Positions 39,846 to 48,628 of a DNA stretch of 64,000 bases are shown here, piece by piece (the first letter of the stretch is position 1; each line of letters begins with the position of its first letter). The translations under genes were made by a program, and so were the position numbers. The DNA is from Mycobacteriales bacterium. Lineage in GTDB: Bacteria; Actinomycetota; Actinomycetes; Mycobacteriales; SCTD01. The notes beneath the pieces were generated by a model. It had not been told where the DNA came from, ran no database searches, and was given only the letters and a program-made list of their open reading frames with translations. The stretch spans positions 13,127-77,126 of the forward strand of contig JAUYQP010000059.1 in assembly GCA_030697205.1 (NCBI GenBank), read 5' to 3'.

Positions 39846-41815
39846 TGCCGGTCATCACCCGGGTGCTCGTCGCCAACCGCGGCGAGATCGCCCGCCGGGT
39901 CTTCCGCACCTGCCGCGACCTCGGGCTGTCGACGGTCGCGGTCTTCAGCGACGCCGACGCGGACTCACCCCACGTCCGCGAGGCCGACGCGTCGGTGCGC
40001 CTGCCGGGGACCGCACCGTCGGAGACCTACCTGCGCGGCGACCTCGTTATCGCCGCAGCCCTCGCCACCGGCGCCGACGCGGTCCACCCCGGCTACGGCT
40101 TCCTGTCCGAGGACGCGGCCTTTGCCCAGGCCGTCGTCGACGCGGGCCTCACCTGGGTCGGCCCGCCACCGGAGGCGGTGCGGCTGATGGGCTCCAAGCT
40201 CGGTGCGAAGGCGCTGATGGCCGACGCCGGCGTGCCGTGCCTGCCCGGCGCCGACGTCACCGACCTGCCCGCCGCCGACGTGCAGGCGGCAGCGACCGCC
40301 ATCGGCTACCCGGTGCTCGTCAAGGCCAGCGCCGGCGGCGGCGGCCGCGGCATGCGGGTCGTGCGCGACGAGGCCGACCTCGTCGACGCGGTCGCGAGCG
40401 CGCAGCGCGAGGCCGCCTCGGCCTTCGGCGACGCCACTGTCTTCCTCGAGCGCTACGTCGACAGCCCGCGCCACGTCGAGGTGCAGGTCATGGCGGACAC
40501 CCACGGCACCGTCGTCGCGCTCTTCGAGCGGGAGTGCTCGATCCAGCGCCGCCACCAGAAGGTCGTCGAGGAGGCCCCCTCCCCCGCCGTCGACGAGGCC
40601 CTGCGCGCGCGGCTGTCAGAGGCCGCGGTCGCGGCCGCCAAGGCCGTCGACTACACCGGCGCCGGCACGGTGGAGTTCGTGCTCTCCCCCGACGGCGAGC
40701 CGTTCTTCCTGGAGATGAACACCCGCCTGCAGGTCGAGCACCCGGTCACCGAGCTCGTCACCGGCCTCGACCTCGTCGCCCTGCAGCTGCTCGTCGCCGA
40801 GGGCCACCCGCTGCCGCCCGAGGCGACCAGCGCGACCCTGTCCGGCCACGCGATCGAGGCCCGCCTCTACGCCGAGGACGCCACCGCCGGGTTCCTCCCC
40901 GCCAGCGGCACCCTCCACCGCTTCGACATCCCGGCGACAGCGGGCGTCCGCGTCGACGCCGGCGTGGAGAGCACATCGGTCGTCAGCACCCACTACGACG
41001 CGATGCTCGCGAAGGTCGTCGCCCACGGCGCGACCCGCGCGCAGGCCGCGAGCCGGCTCGCCGCGGCGCTGCAGGGCGCCCGTCTGCACGGCGTCACCAC
41101 CAACCGCGACCTGCTCGTGCGGGTCCTGCGCTCGCCGGACTTCCTGGCCGGTCGCACCGACACCGCCTTCTTCGACCGCCACGACCCATCGGTCCTCGGG
41201 GCCGGTCTGCTCGACGACGACGGCCGTGCCCTCCACGCCGTTGCCGCGGTCCTCGCCGCCGTCGCCCACCGCCGCGCCACCGCGACGACGCAGGCCGGGC
41301 TGCCGACCCGCTGGCGCAGCCTGCCGAGCGCCCCGGAGACCACGGCCTTCGTCGACGGCCCCGTCGTCGCCTACTCCTTCCCGCGCGGGGGCGTCGAGGT
41401 CGACGTCGACGGCCGGCGCCTCGAGGGCGTCACCCTGTGGTCGGCCACCGCCGAGGAGGTCGACCTCGAGGTCGCGGGGGTGCGCCGCCGCTACGCCGTC
41501 GCGCGACAGGGCTTCACGGCGTACGTCGACTCCGCCTTGGGCAGCGCCGTGCTCGAGGAGGTCGAGCGCTTCCCGCTGCCCGGCTCGCAGCTGGCCGAGG
41601 GCGCGCTGGTCGCCCCCATGCCCGGCAGCGTCGTCCGGGTCGACGCGACCGTCGGCGCCGAGGTTGCCGCCGGGGACGTGCTGGTGGTGCTGGAGGCCAT
41701 GAAGATGGAGCACGCGGTGCGGGCGAGCGCCGCCGGGACGGTCACCGAGGTGCACGTCGCTGCCGGCGAGCAGGTCGATGCGGGTGCCCTGCTCGCAGTG
41801 GTCGCACCGGCCTGA
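39845..41815 (+). CDS. biotin carboxylase + BCCP alpha subunit (methylcrotonyl-CoA carboxylase alpha / AccA1-like)
   Basis: VLVANRGEIARRV and the ATP-grasp domain are present, with the C-terminal biotinylation motif LVVLEAMKMEH. The ATG start overlaps the upstream TGA by 1 nt. Confidence 0.93.
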   Translation: MPVITRVLVANRGEIARRVFRTCRDLGLSTVAVFSDADADSPHVREADASVRLPGTAPSETYLRGDLVIAAALATGADAVHPGYGFLSEDAAFAQAVVDAGLTWVGPPPEAVRLMGSKLGAKALMADAGVPCLPGADVTDLPAADVQAAATAIGYPVLVKASAGGGGRGMRVVRDEADLVDAVASAQREAASAFGDATVFLERYVDSPRHVEVQVMADTHGTVVALFERECSIQRRHQKVVEEAPSPAVDEALRARLSEAAVAAAKAVDYTGAGTVEFVLSPDGEPFFLEMNTRLQVEHPVTELVTGLDLVALQLLVAEGHPLPPEATSATLSGHAIEARLYAEDATAGFLPASGTLHRFDIPATAGVRVDAGVESTSVVSTHYDAMLAKVVAHGATRAQAASRLAAALQGARLHGVTTNRDLLVRVLRSPDFLAGRTDTAFFDRHDPSVLGAGLLDDDGRALHAVAAVLAAVAHRRATATTQAGLPTRWRSLPSAPETTAFVDGPVVAYSFPRGGVEVDVDGRRLEGVTLWSATAEEVDLEVAGVRRRYAVARQGFTAYVDSALGSAVLEEVERFPLPGSQLAEGALVAPMPGSVVRVDATVGAEVAAGDVLVVLEAMKMEHAVRASAAGTVTEVHVAAGEQVDAGALLAVVAPA

Positions 41816-41829
41816 CGTACGGTGACGTC

Positions 41830-42162
41830 GTGAGCGGTTGGCGGCGGTGCGACAGGTGCCGGAAGGTCCTCGCCGCCGACGCCTTCGAGGGCGACGCGGC
41901 CACCTGCGTGGCCTGCCTCACCGCTCCGGCCCCGAAGGTCCGGACGACCTCCGCGCCGGTGGTGCGCAAGACGACTCCCCGGGCCCCGGCTCCCGAGCCC
42001 GGCCCGCGCGCGCCCCTGCTCGGTGCGGTGGGCAGCGGCGACTTCGAGGTCCGCGAGCGACGCGCCCAGCGGGCCGCCGCGCAGCAGCTCGTCGAGCTGC
42101 ACCAGGAGGAGTTCGACCAGCTGCTCGCCCAGGCCCGAAAGGCCGAGGGCCTGCGCCAGTAG
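41830..42162 (+). CDS. 110-aa zinc-ribbon (CxxC...CxxC) hypothetical protein
   Basis: This is the last 110 codons of shadow ORF 39652..42162. Sequence VSGWRRCDRCRKVLAADAFEGDAATCVACL...QLVELHQEEFDQLLAQARKAEGLRQ has high GC3. Confidence 0.6.
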   Translation: MSGWRRCDRCRKVLAADAFEGDAATCVACLTAPAPKVRTTSAPVVRKTTPRAPAPEPGPRAPLLGAVGSGDFEVRERRAQRAAAQQLVELHQEEFDQLLAQARKAEGLRQ

Positions 42163-42169
42163 GCCGCCG

Positions 42170-42394
42170 CTAGTAGGCGGAGGGCGAGGGCTTGTGGTTG
42201 ATCGCCGCTGTGCCGTCCTCGATCAGCAGCGCCACCCCGTCGAGGGCCTTGCCGAACTCCCGGCCGTGGTGGGCGCAGAAGAGCAGGTCGCCGGAGACGA
42301 GGACGGCGCGGACGAAGGCCTGGGCACCGCAGCGGTCGCAGCGCTCGTGCGCGGTGAAGGTCGGGTGGGTGGTCTCTGCCACGGTCGTCGTCAT
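42170..42394 (-). CDS. 74-aa conserved actinobacterial Cys/His protein
   Basis: MTTTVAETTHPTFTAHERCDRCGAQAFVRAVLVSGDLLFCAHHGREF contains a CxxC...CxHH motif. The start is ATG 42394. Confidence 0.68.
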   Translation of the reverse strand: MTTTVAETTHPTFTAHERCDRCGAQAFVRAVLVSGDLLFCAHHGREFGKALDGVALLIEDGTAAINHKPSPSAY

Positions 42395-42512
42395 CGCCTT
42401 GTCCCGTCCCTGGGTGCCACTGATGGATTCGTACACCGTGCATCGGCACGCCGCGCCGCGACCCGAGTAGCCCTTTCGTGTCATTCGCAGGGCGAGACAG
42501 GATGATCTGCGG

Positions 42513-43559
42513 ATGGTTGCCCGGCTCGTCCCGCTCGCCGAGGTCGACGACGACCTCGTCGCGGGCTGGCGGGCACTGGGCGGCAACGCCTTCCACGGCC
42601 CCGACGCGGTGCTCGCCTCCCGCGACCTCGACGGTGCGTGGGAGGTCAGCCTGCTCGTCGTCGACGGCCCCGATCTCGTGCTGCCCGTCCACCGCGTTGC
42701 GGGGATGCGCAAGGTGCGGGTGCCCGCCCTGTCGACCTGGACCCACGACTACTGCTACCTCGGCGATCCCGTTGTCCGCGCCGGCCGCGAGCAGCAGGCG
42801 TGGACGACCGCGCTGGCCTGGCTGCGCGAGCACCGTCCCGCGCCCTGGCTGCACCTGCCGCGCCTGGCCGCCCACGGCCCGGTCTTCGCGGGCCTGCTGG
42901 CCGCCCTGACCGCGACCGGGCTGCAGGCGGTCCCCCTCGGCGCCCACGAGCGACCCGTCGCGCGCCGGCGACCCGAGCCGACCTACCTCGACGGCCTCGT
43001 CAGCGGCGTGCACCGCAAGGGCTTCCGGCGGCAGCGACGGGTGCTCGAGCGCGAGCTGGGCGCCCCCGTCACGACCGTCACGTCGTACGACGTGGAGCCC
43101 CTGCTCCGCCTCAAGGCCGCCGGCTGGAAGGAGGCGTCCGCGCTGCGGACGGTCCCCGGGGCGGCCGAGCTCGCTCGCCGGCTGGTGGGGTCGGGTGCGG
43201 CTCACGTGGCGGAGCTGCGAGCCGGCGAGCGCGTGGTCGCGGCCCAGCTGCAGCTCGTCGGCGGCGGCACGTCGTCGTGCGTGAAGACCGCCTACGACGA
43301 GCAGCTGCGCCGGCACTCGCCCGGCCTGCTGCTCGAGCTCGACGTGCTCGAGCGGTTCCACGACGACCTGTCGGTCGACGTGCTCGACTCGTGCGCCGCG
43401 CCGGGCAACCCGCTCGCGGAGCGGCTCTTCCCCGACCGGCTGCCGGTCGTGACACTGCTCGTCGGGCTCACCGCCCCCGGCCGCGCCGTGGCGCGTGCGA
43501 CACCCGCGCTCGCCGCGGGCTGGAGTCGGCTGACGGGCCGGCCGATGGAGGTCCCATGA
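42513..43559 (+). CDS. GNAT-family acetyltransferase, CelD/BioF2-like (FemAB-type fold)
   Basis: 348 aa. The C-terminal part, ELRAGERVVAAQLQLVGGGTSSCVKTAYDEQLRRHSPGLLLELDVLERF, is typical of Acetyltransf_6-type proteins. Confidence 0.75.
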   Translation: MVARLVPLAEVDDDLVAGWRALGGNAFHGPDAVLASRDLDGAWEVSLLVVDGPDLVLPVHRVAGMRKVRVPALSTWTHDYCYLGDPVVRAGREQQAWTTALAWLREHRPAPWLHLPRLAAHGPVFAGLLAALTATGLQAVPLGAHERPVARRRPEPTYLDGLVSGVHRKGFRRQRRVLERELGAPVTTVTSYDVEPLLRLKAAGWKEASALRTVPGAAELARRLVGSGAAHVAELRAGERVVAAQLQLVGGGTSSCVKTAYDEQLRRHSPGLLLELDVLERFHDDLSVDVLDSCAAPGNPLAERLFPDRLPVVTLLVGLTAPGRAVARATPALAAGWSRLTGRPMEVP

Positions 43560-44398
43560 GCCTGATCGAGATCGATCCGGGCACGTTCACCGACGTGCCG
43601 CCTCGCCGGCCCGGCGCCCCCGACCGCGCGCCGGCACGCGCGCGTCACCACCTCGACGCGACCGGCCTGCTCGACCTGCCGCGCCTGGCCGAGCTCGCCG
43701 CCTTCCTGCCCGCCTCCTCCGTCGAGCACAACCTCGGAGCCGTGCCGCTGGTCCTGCCGGGCGGCGTGGCCCCGCAGGCAGCCCTCACGCCCCGCGAGAT
43801 CGTCGAGACCATCGAGACCAACGGCTGCTGGATGGTGCTCAAGAACATCGAGCAGGACCCGGACTACGCCGGGCTGCTCGACGCCTGCCTCGACGAGGTC
43901 GAGCCCGCCGTCACCGCGTCGGAGGGCCGCTCGGTCGTGCGGGAGGGCTTCGTCTTCCTGTCCGCGCCCGGGTCGGTCACCCCCACCCACATCGACCCGG
44001 AGCACAACGTGCTGCTGCAGGTCCGCGGCACCAAGACGATGGTCGTCGGCCGCTTCGCTGACGACGAGGCGCTGGCCGTCCAGGCCGAGCGGCTGCACAG
44101 CGGCGAGCACCGCAACCTCGCGGACGCCGCAGTGGACCTCGTCGAGTTCGACCTCGCACCCGGCGACGGCGTCTACGTCCCCGTCCACGCCCCGCACGTG
44201 GTGCGCAACGGGCTCGCCGCGTCGATCTCGCTGTCGGTCACGTGGGGCACGCGCGAGACCGTCCGGGCCGCCCGCGTCCACGGGCTCAACGCCCGGCTGC
44301 GGGCACGCGGCCGGGTCGGCGCGCGACCGGGTCAGTCAGTCGCCCGCGACAGCACCAAGGCGTTCGCCGTGCGCGTGCTTCGCAAGATCGGGCGCTAG
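43556..44398 (+). CDS. JmjC/cupin-like Fe(II)/2-oxoglutarate oxygenase-like protein
   Basis: ATGA overlap with the upstream gene. The H-x-D...H triad context is VTPTHIDPEHNVLLQVRG ... VYVPVHAPHVV. Confidence 0.78.
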   Translation: MSLIEIDPGTFTDVPPRRPGAPDRAPARARHHLDATGLLDLPRLAELAAFLPASSVEHNLGAVPLVLPGGVAPQAALTPREIVETIETNGCWMVLKNIEQDPDYAGLLDACLDEVEPAVTASEGRSVVREGFVFLSAPGSVTPTHIDPEHNVLLQVRGTKTMVVGRFADDEALAVQAERLHSGEHRNLADAAVDLVEFDLAPGDGVYVPVHAPHVVRNGLAASISLSVTWGTRETVRAARVHGLNARLRARGRVGARPGQSVARDSTKAFAVRVLRKIGR

Positions 44399-45195
44399 CC
44401 GAGCGAGCGGGCCGACCCCACGAGGCGGTGACCGGCCCGACGTACTCGTGGGGTGGCCTCCAGCACTCTCTTGACGATGGGCCAGTAGGGCTTGAGCTTC
44501 AGGGCGAAGCTGCGCTGGACCTCGGTGGCGTTGACATCGATGCGCGGCATCGCGAAGCGCCCGTCGTCCTCACCCACAGCGAAGGCGAGGTCGAAGCCGG
44601 CGCGCTCGACTGCCGAGCGGGCCTCGCGGTCATGGACCCCGCGCGGGTAGGCGAAGGTCCGCGCGCGCACGCCCGTCAACCGCTCGAGCTCGTCACGCGC
44701 CTGCGCGGTGTGCAGCCGCAGCTCGTCCTGGCCCATCCCGTGCATGTCCGCGTGGTCCCAGCCGTGGACGCCGAGCTCCATGCCGTACGACGACAGCTCG
44801 GTGAGCTGGCCGGCGGTGAGCATCGGCTCCGGCGGCAGGGTGTCGGGGAGGAAGTCGTCGCTGCGACCCCCGACGAGTGCCGGGGGGACGTAGAGGACCC
44901 AGGGCGCGTCGTAGTCGGCGAAGACCCGCGCGATGGTGGTCGTGCTGCCCCAGGCGTCGTCGACGGTGAGCAGCACGCCGCGGCGGCCCTCGAGCCAGTC
45001 GTCGAGCGTCAGCGGCGCGAGCCCGACGGAGCGCACGTGCTCCATCTGCCAGCGCAGCGCGGCCTCGGGCACGAAGAGCCCGTGCGGGTCCTCGTCGTTC
45101 GTGCGGGAGCCGCACGCGTGGTACATCAGCACTGGCGCCGTGCGCACCGGCGTGCTCCTTTTCCCCCGAAGTCGGACGACTCTCCCACGGTGCAT
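44395..45195 (-). CDS. polysaccharide deacetylase (NodB-like)
   Basis: LMYHAC, LLTVDDAW, GVHGWDHADM and FAYPRG motifs are present. Start taken at ATG 45195, because the longer ORF would run to within a few nt of the tRNA gene. Confidence 0.83.
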   Translation of the reverse strand: MHRGRVVRLRGKRSTPVRTAPVLMYHACGSRTNDEDPHGLFVPEAALRWQMEHVRSVGLAPLTLDDWLEGRRGVLLTVDDAWGSTTTIARVFADYDAPWVLYVPPALVGGRSDDFLPDTLPPEPMLTAGQLTELSSYGMELGVHGWDHADMHGMGQDELRLHTAQARDELERLTGVRARTFAYPRGVHDREARSAVERAGFDLAFAVGEDDGRFAMPRIDVNATEVQRSFALKLKPYWPIVKRVLEATPRVRRAGHRLVGSARSLG

Positions 45196-45273
45196 CGGCA
45201 GGTGGCGGAGGTTCCTGCAACCCGGCGGCGCGCCGGGTCGGCGCTTTGCTATCGTTTCGCGCTGCACCACCAC

Positions 45274-45346
45274 GCGCCGCTAGCTCAACTGGCAGAGCAG
45301 CGGACTCTTAATCCGCGGGTTCGGGGTTCGAGTCCCTGGCGGCGCA
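45274..45346 (+). tRNA. tRNA-Lys (anticodon CTT)
   Basis: Cloverleaf folded by hand: acceptor gcgccgc/gcggcgc, anticodon stem gcgga/tccgc with loop ctCTTaa, T arm cgggg-ttcgagt-ccctg, discriminator A. CCA is not encoded. Confidence 0.9.
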
Positions 45347-45357
45347 CCCGTGTTGAC

Positions 45358-45389
45358 CTGCGGCTTTGCTCTCCGGAGCAGGGCCGCAG
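45358..45389 (+). terminator. hairpin immediately downstream of tRNA-Lys
   Basis: ctgcggc-tt-tgctc-tccg-gagca-gg-gccgcag forms 7+5 bp of stem with a 2x2 internal loop. Confidence 0.45.
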
Positions 45390-45447
45390 AGTCGTCTCAG
45401 GGGGTCGGCCCTTCACGCGCGCCACGAGGTCGGCGCACACTGCTGCC

Positions 45448-45861
45448 GTGGGCGACGACGAGCGACAGCAGCGGGTCCTGCAGTACTGGTCCGAGGCGTG
45501 GTCACGCGGCCGCGTCGAGGTGCTGGACCAGTTCTACGCGGCGAGCTTCCGGGAGAACGACGAGGAGCTGACCCCGGCGGCTTTCGGGGTGCACCTGCTG
45601 AGCTGGCGAGAGAGGTTCCCGGACTTCACGGCAGAGGTCGTGCGGGTCTGGTGCACGCCCGAGGCCGTCGTCACGCGGGTGGTCTACACCGGGACGCACC
45701 GGGGTGACTTCAGCTTCCTGCCGGCCACCGGGCGCCCCGTGCGCAGCAGCGGCCTGGACGTCTTCGAGTTCGACGAGGACGGGAAGGTCTGCCAGCACTG
45801 GCACGAGACCGACCACTGGGAGCTGTTCGAGCAGCTCGGCGCGAAGGTCGGCCCTTCCTAA
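45448..45861 (+). CDS. ester cyclase (SnoaL-like polyketide cyclase family)
   Basis: VLQYWSEAWSRGRVEVLDQFYA...FTAEVVRVW...GTHRGDFSFLPATGRPV is typical of the family. GTG start at 45448. Confidence 0.8.
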   Translation: MGDDERQQRVLQYWSEAWSRGRVEVLDQFYAASFRENDEELTPAAFGVHLLSWRERFPDFTAEVVRVWCTPEAVVTRVVYTGTHRGDFSFLPATGRPVRSSGLDVFEFDEDGKVCQHWHETDHWELFEQLGAKVGPS

Positions 45862-46358
45862 TCAGGGGTGCAGCCGGGCGATCCTCCCCCGCTGGGCGGG
45901 TCCCCCATCCGCTGTAGAGCAGCGGTGAGGTCGGCGAGGTCGACGCCCTCGAGCGGCCCGAAGACGTGCCTGCGGACGCTCGCCAGGTGGGTGGGCCAGG
46001 CCTCCCGCAGCCGGACCAGCCCGGCGTCGGTGAGCACGGCGTGCCACCCGCGACTGTCGGCGATGCAGCGCTCGCGCCGGACGAGCCCCTCGGACTCGAG
46101 CTTGCTGACGATGCGGGTCATGCCGCTCAGCGACAGCGCCGCAGCCGCCGCCAGCTCGCTCATCCGCAACCTCCGGTCCGGTGCCTCGGACAGGTGCATG
46201 AGCACGAAGTACTCGCTCTGGGGAAGCCGCTGCTCGCACAGGAGGTCGGCGTCGAGCGCACGTGGCACCACCATCAGCGCCCGGGCGAAGGCACGCAGGA
46301 AGGCCTCCTCCTCACCCGTCAGGGGACGCGGCGAAACGGCCTTGCCTGCTCTGGCCAT
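45858..46358 (-). CDS. MarR-family transcriptional regulator
   Basis: Winged-helix region LPQSEYFVLMHLSEAPDRRLRMSELAAAAALSLSGMTRIVSKLESEGLVRR. Confidence 0.85.
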   Translation of the reverse strand: MARAGKAVSPRPLTGEEEAFLRAFARALMVVPRALDADLLCEQRLPQSEYFVLMHLSEAPDRRLRMSELAAAAALSLSGMTRIVSKLESEGLVRRERCIADSRGWHAVLTDAGLVRLREAWPTHLASVRRHVFGPLEGVDLADLTAALQRMGDPPSGGGSPGCTPD

Positions 46359-46380
46359 GCAGCCAGCGTACTCCGAAAGC

Positions 46381-46432
46381 ACTTGCTTGACGAAGGAAGC
46401 ATCTGCCTGCAGACTTGCTTCACTTACGAAGT
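46381..46432. promoter_or_regulatory. imperfect direct repeats ACTTGCTT..ACGAAG x2 in MarR/FMN-reductase divergent region
   Basis: acttgcttgacgaagg (46381-46396) and acttgcttcacttacgaagt (46413-46432) lie in a relatively AT-rich 101-bp intergenic region. Confidence 0.3.
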
Positions 46433-46459
46433 ACCCCCGCTTCTCGACAGGAGTCGACC

Positions 46460-47035
46460 ATGACCCGCATCGGCATCATCCTTGGCAGCACCCGGCCCGG
46501 CCGCAACGGCGAGCAGGTCGCCCGCTGGGTTGTTGACCAGGCCAAGACGCGCACCGACGCATCCTTCGAGCTCGTGGACCTCGCCGAGGTCGCGCTACCG
46601 CTGCTCGACGAGCCGTTCCCGCCGGCCATGGGCCGCTACCAGCACGACCACACCAGGCGCTGGTCCGAGACGGTCGCCTCCTTCGACGGCTTCGTCATCG
46701 TCACGCCGGAGTACAACCACTCGATCCCCGCGGTGCTCAAGAACGCCCTCGACTACCTCTACACCGAGTGGAACGACAAGGCCGTCGGGTTCGTCTCCTA
46801 CGGCTCCGCAGGCGGAACCCGCGCCGCCGAACACCTGCGGGCGATCGCCGGCGAGCTCAAGATGGCCGACGTGCGCGCGCAGGTCACGCTGTCGCTGGCG
46901 ACCGACTTCGAGAGCTACTCGACATTCCGCCCGGGCGACCACCACGCACCCGTCCTTGCCGCCCTGCTCGACCAGGTCGTGTCCTGGACCGAGGCCCTCG
47001 CCCCCTTGCGCTCGGCCGACGACGCCGCGGCCTGA
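46460..47035 (+). CDS. NAD(P)H-dependent FMN reductase
   Basis: MTRIGIILGSTRPGRNGEQVARWV and TPEYNHSIPAVLKNALD are present. ATG 46460 follows CAGGAG. Confidence 0.88.
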   Translation: MTRIGIILGSTRPGRNGEQVARWVVDQAKTRTDASFELVDLAEVALPLLDEPFPPAMGRYQHDHTRRWSETVASFDGFVIVTPEYNHSIPAVLKNALDYLYTEWNDKAVGFVSYGSAGGTRAAEHLRAIAGELKMADVRAQVTLSLATDFESYSTFRPGDHHAPVLAALLDQVVSWTEALAPLRSADDAAA

Positions 47036-47080
47036 CGCCCCCGCACGGGGAGGACGCACCGACCCGGTCGTCGGGACGGG

Positions 47081-47779
47081 TCAGGACCCGGGCAGCGCGC
47101 ACGGCAGATCGGCTGGGCCGACGCTGCAGCACCGTCCGAGCTGGACCACCGTCGCGGCACCGCCGCTGAAGGAACGGCGCCTGGACACCGCGCAGTCGTG
47201 GAACGGCGTCTGCTCCTCCCGGAGGAAGTGACCCGCGAACAGCGCGTGGACCACTGCCCGGGTCGGTGCCGTCCGCCAGCGGTCGCGGCGGCGGACCGGC
47301 CGGGAGCAGAAGGAGTACGCGAGCAGCCCGCCGGGGCGTAGGACCCGCAGCATCTCGGAGACCGCCGCTACCGGGTCGTCGACGGTCTCGATGACCCAGG
47401 CCGACACCACGACGTCGAACGCCTCGTCGGCGAAGGGGAGCCTGTCGACGGAGGCAACTGCTCGGGGGTCGCCGAGGTCAGCGGCTGCCGCGAGCATGGC
47501 CGGCGAGAGGTCGACCAGCACAGGGTGCAGGCCCGGCAGAGCGGCCGCCAGACGGCGGGACAGCGCCCCGGTGCCGGCACCGGCGTCGAGGACGCGGGGG
47601 CTGTGAAGCGACGACGCGACCTCGACCACCGCGTCGAGCATCGCCTGCTCCGCGACGCCACCCGCGACCCTCAGCCAAAGCCGCCGCCAGACGAGGTCGT
47701 AGCGCGCCGCCGCCCGCTCGTAGACGGTCAGCACGTGCGCCGAGCGTCCCGGAGCGGTGCGGCCTGTCGCGGTCAGCAC
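47081..47779 (-). CDS. class I SAM-dependent methyltransferase
   Basis: Motif I is VLDAGAGTGALS, and motif post-II/III is LRPGGLLAY. The start overlaps the upstream small ORF by 7 nt. Confidence 0.85.
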   Translation of the reverse strand: MLTATGRTAPGRSAHVLTVYERAAARYDLVWRRLWLRVAGGVAEQAMLDAVVEVASSLHSPRVLDAGAGTGALSRRLAAALPGLHPVLVDLSPAMLAAAADLGDPRAVASVDRLPFADEAFDVVVSAWVIETVDDPVAAVSEMLRVLRPGGLLAYSFCSRPVRRRDRWRTAPTRAVVHALFAGHFLREEQTPFHDCAVSRRRSFSGGAATVVQLGRCCSVGPADLPCALPGS

Positions 47780-48006
47780 GTCATCGCGGCGTCCCAGCCG
47801 GACGGGCCGTGGTGGTGGCTCGGGTTGTGCTGACCGTCGAAGCCCATCACCTGGGCGCAGGTCGCGACGTGCCCACCGAAGGACGGGTCGGGCGGCGCGG
47901 CGACGGCCGGCGCGGTGGCCGCGAGGATCGCGACCAGAGGAGCGGCCATCGCGAGGGCGATGAGGGCGGGGCGGGTGTGCTTCACAGCGACCTCCAGGGT
48001 CGGCAT
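47773..48006 (-). CDS. small secreted His-rich two-Cys peptide (77-aa precursor)
   Basis: MPTLEVAVKHTRPALIALAMAAPLVAILAATAPAVAA is a signal peptide. The mature part is PPDPSFGGHVATCAQVMGFDGQHNPSHHHGPSGWDAAMTC. GC3 is high. Confidence 0.55.
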   Translation of the reverse strand: MPTLEVAVKHTRPALIALAMAAPLVAILAATAPAVAAPPDPSFGGHVATCAQVMGFDGQHNPSHHHGPSGWDAAMTC

Positions 48007-48213
48007 CGTCGTGCTCTGCGCCCGCGGTCCTCCCGCGGGCGGTCGCACCTACCGGCGGGAGGGGGACCGGACGCCCTCGGGCTCACCCCGACGGTAGGCG
48101 TCACGACGCGGACGCGTCAGGGCCGAAGGTCCCGAGATCCCGCGCCTGCGACGTTCGGAGCGGCTCTGCCCGGGAAGACCACCCGAGTCGATCACGCACC
48201 AGGAGGAGCCGAG

Positions 48214-48594
48214 ATGACCGAGACCTGGGACCTGTGGTTCCCGCAGGCCGGGGCCACCGGGTTGCCGTTCGCCCGGACCCGGGTGGACGCGACCGCTGCG
48301 GGTGACCGGGTGCTGGTGCACGCCGCGCCCCCGGTCCTCGACGTGACGGTTCGCGACGAGGACGGTCGGGTGAACGCCCGCGGCGACGGGCTGGAGCGGT
48401 CGGCGAGCGGGCCGATGTGCGCGCTGGTCCGCCGCGGCGACACCGTCGAGCTCGTCGACCGCTGGCCCGACGACAGCGACCTCGGGCGGGTGGTCGTGCT
48501 GCCCGGCGGGGAGTCCGGGATCCTCATCAGCTGGTGGCACGCCGAGGACCGCAGCGAGTGGCGCTGGCAGCTCGAGCTCTACAACCACACCTGA
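48214..48594 (+). CDS. hypothetical protein (126 aa)
   Basis: ATG 48214 lies 7 nt after AGGAGG. The sequence is MTETWDLWFPQAGATGLPFARTRVD...WWHAEDRSEWRWQLELYNHT. I recognised no family. Confidence 0.65.
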   Translation: MTETWDLWFPQAGATGLPFARTRVDATAAGDRVLVHAAPPVLDVTVRDEDGRVNARGDGLERSASGPMCALVRRGDTVELVDRWPDDSDLGRVVVLPGGESGILISWWHAEDRSEWRWQLELYNHT

Positions 48595-48628
48595 GCGCAC
48601 CCGGCGGCGGCTCCTTAGGATCGTCAAC

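Noticed and set aside
39652-42162. 836-aa ORF, the longest-looking plus-strand ORF across the carboxylase genes
   Set aside because: It is Arg/Pro/Gly-rich junk in a shadow frame of the real carboxyltransferase and biotin carboxylase genes. Only its last 110 codons (41830..42162) look like a genuine small gene.
45196-47100. tRNA-Lys as a possible integration site for a genomic island or prophage
   Set aside because: There is no integrase, excisionase, transposase or phage gene downstream. I saw no repeat of the tRNA 3' end in the window. Downstream genes are ordinary regulators and redox enzymes.
48049-48213. Short palindrome gacgcgtc and tandem gacgcg in the divergent intergenic region
   Set aside because: It is too short and GC-rich to distinguish from chance in this genome, and no adjacent regulator gives it context.
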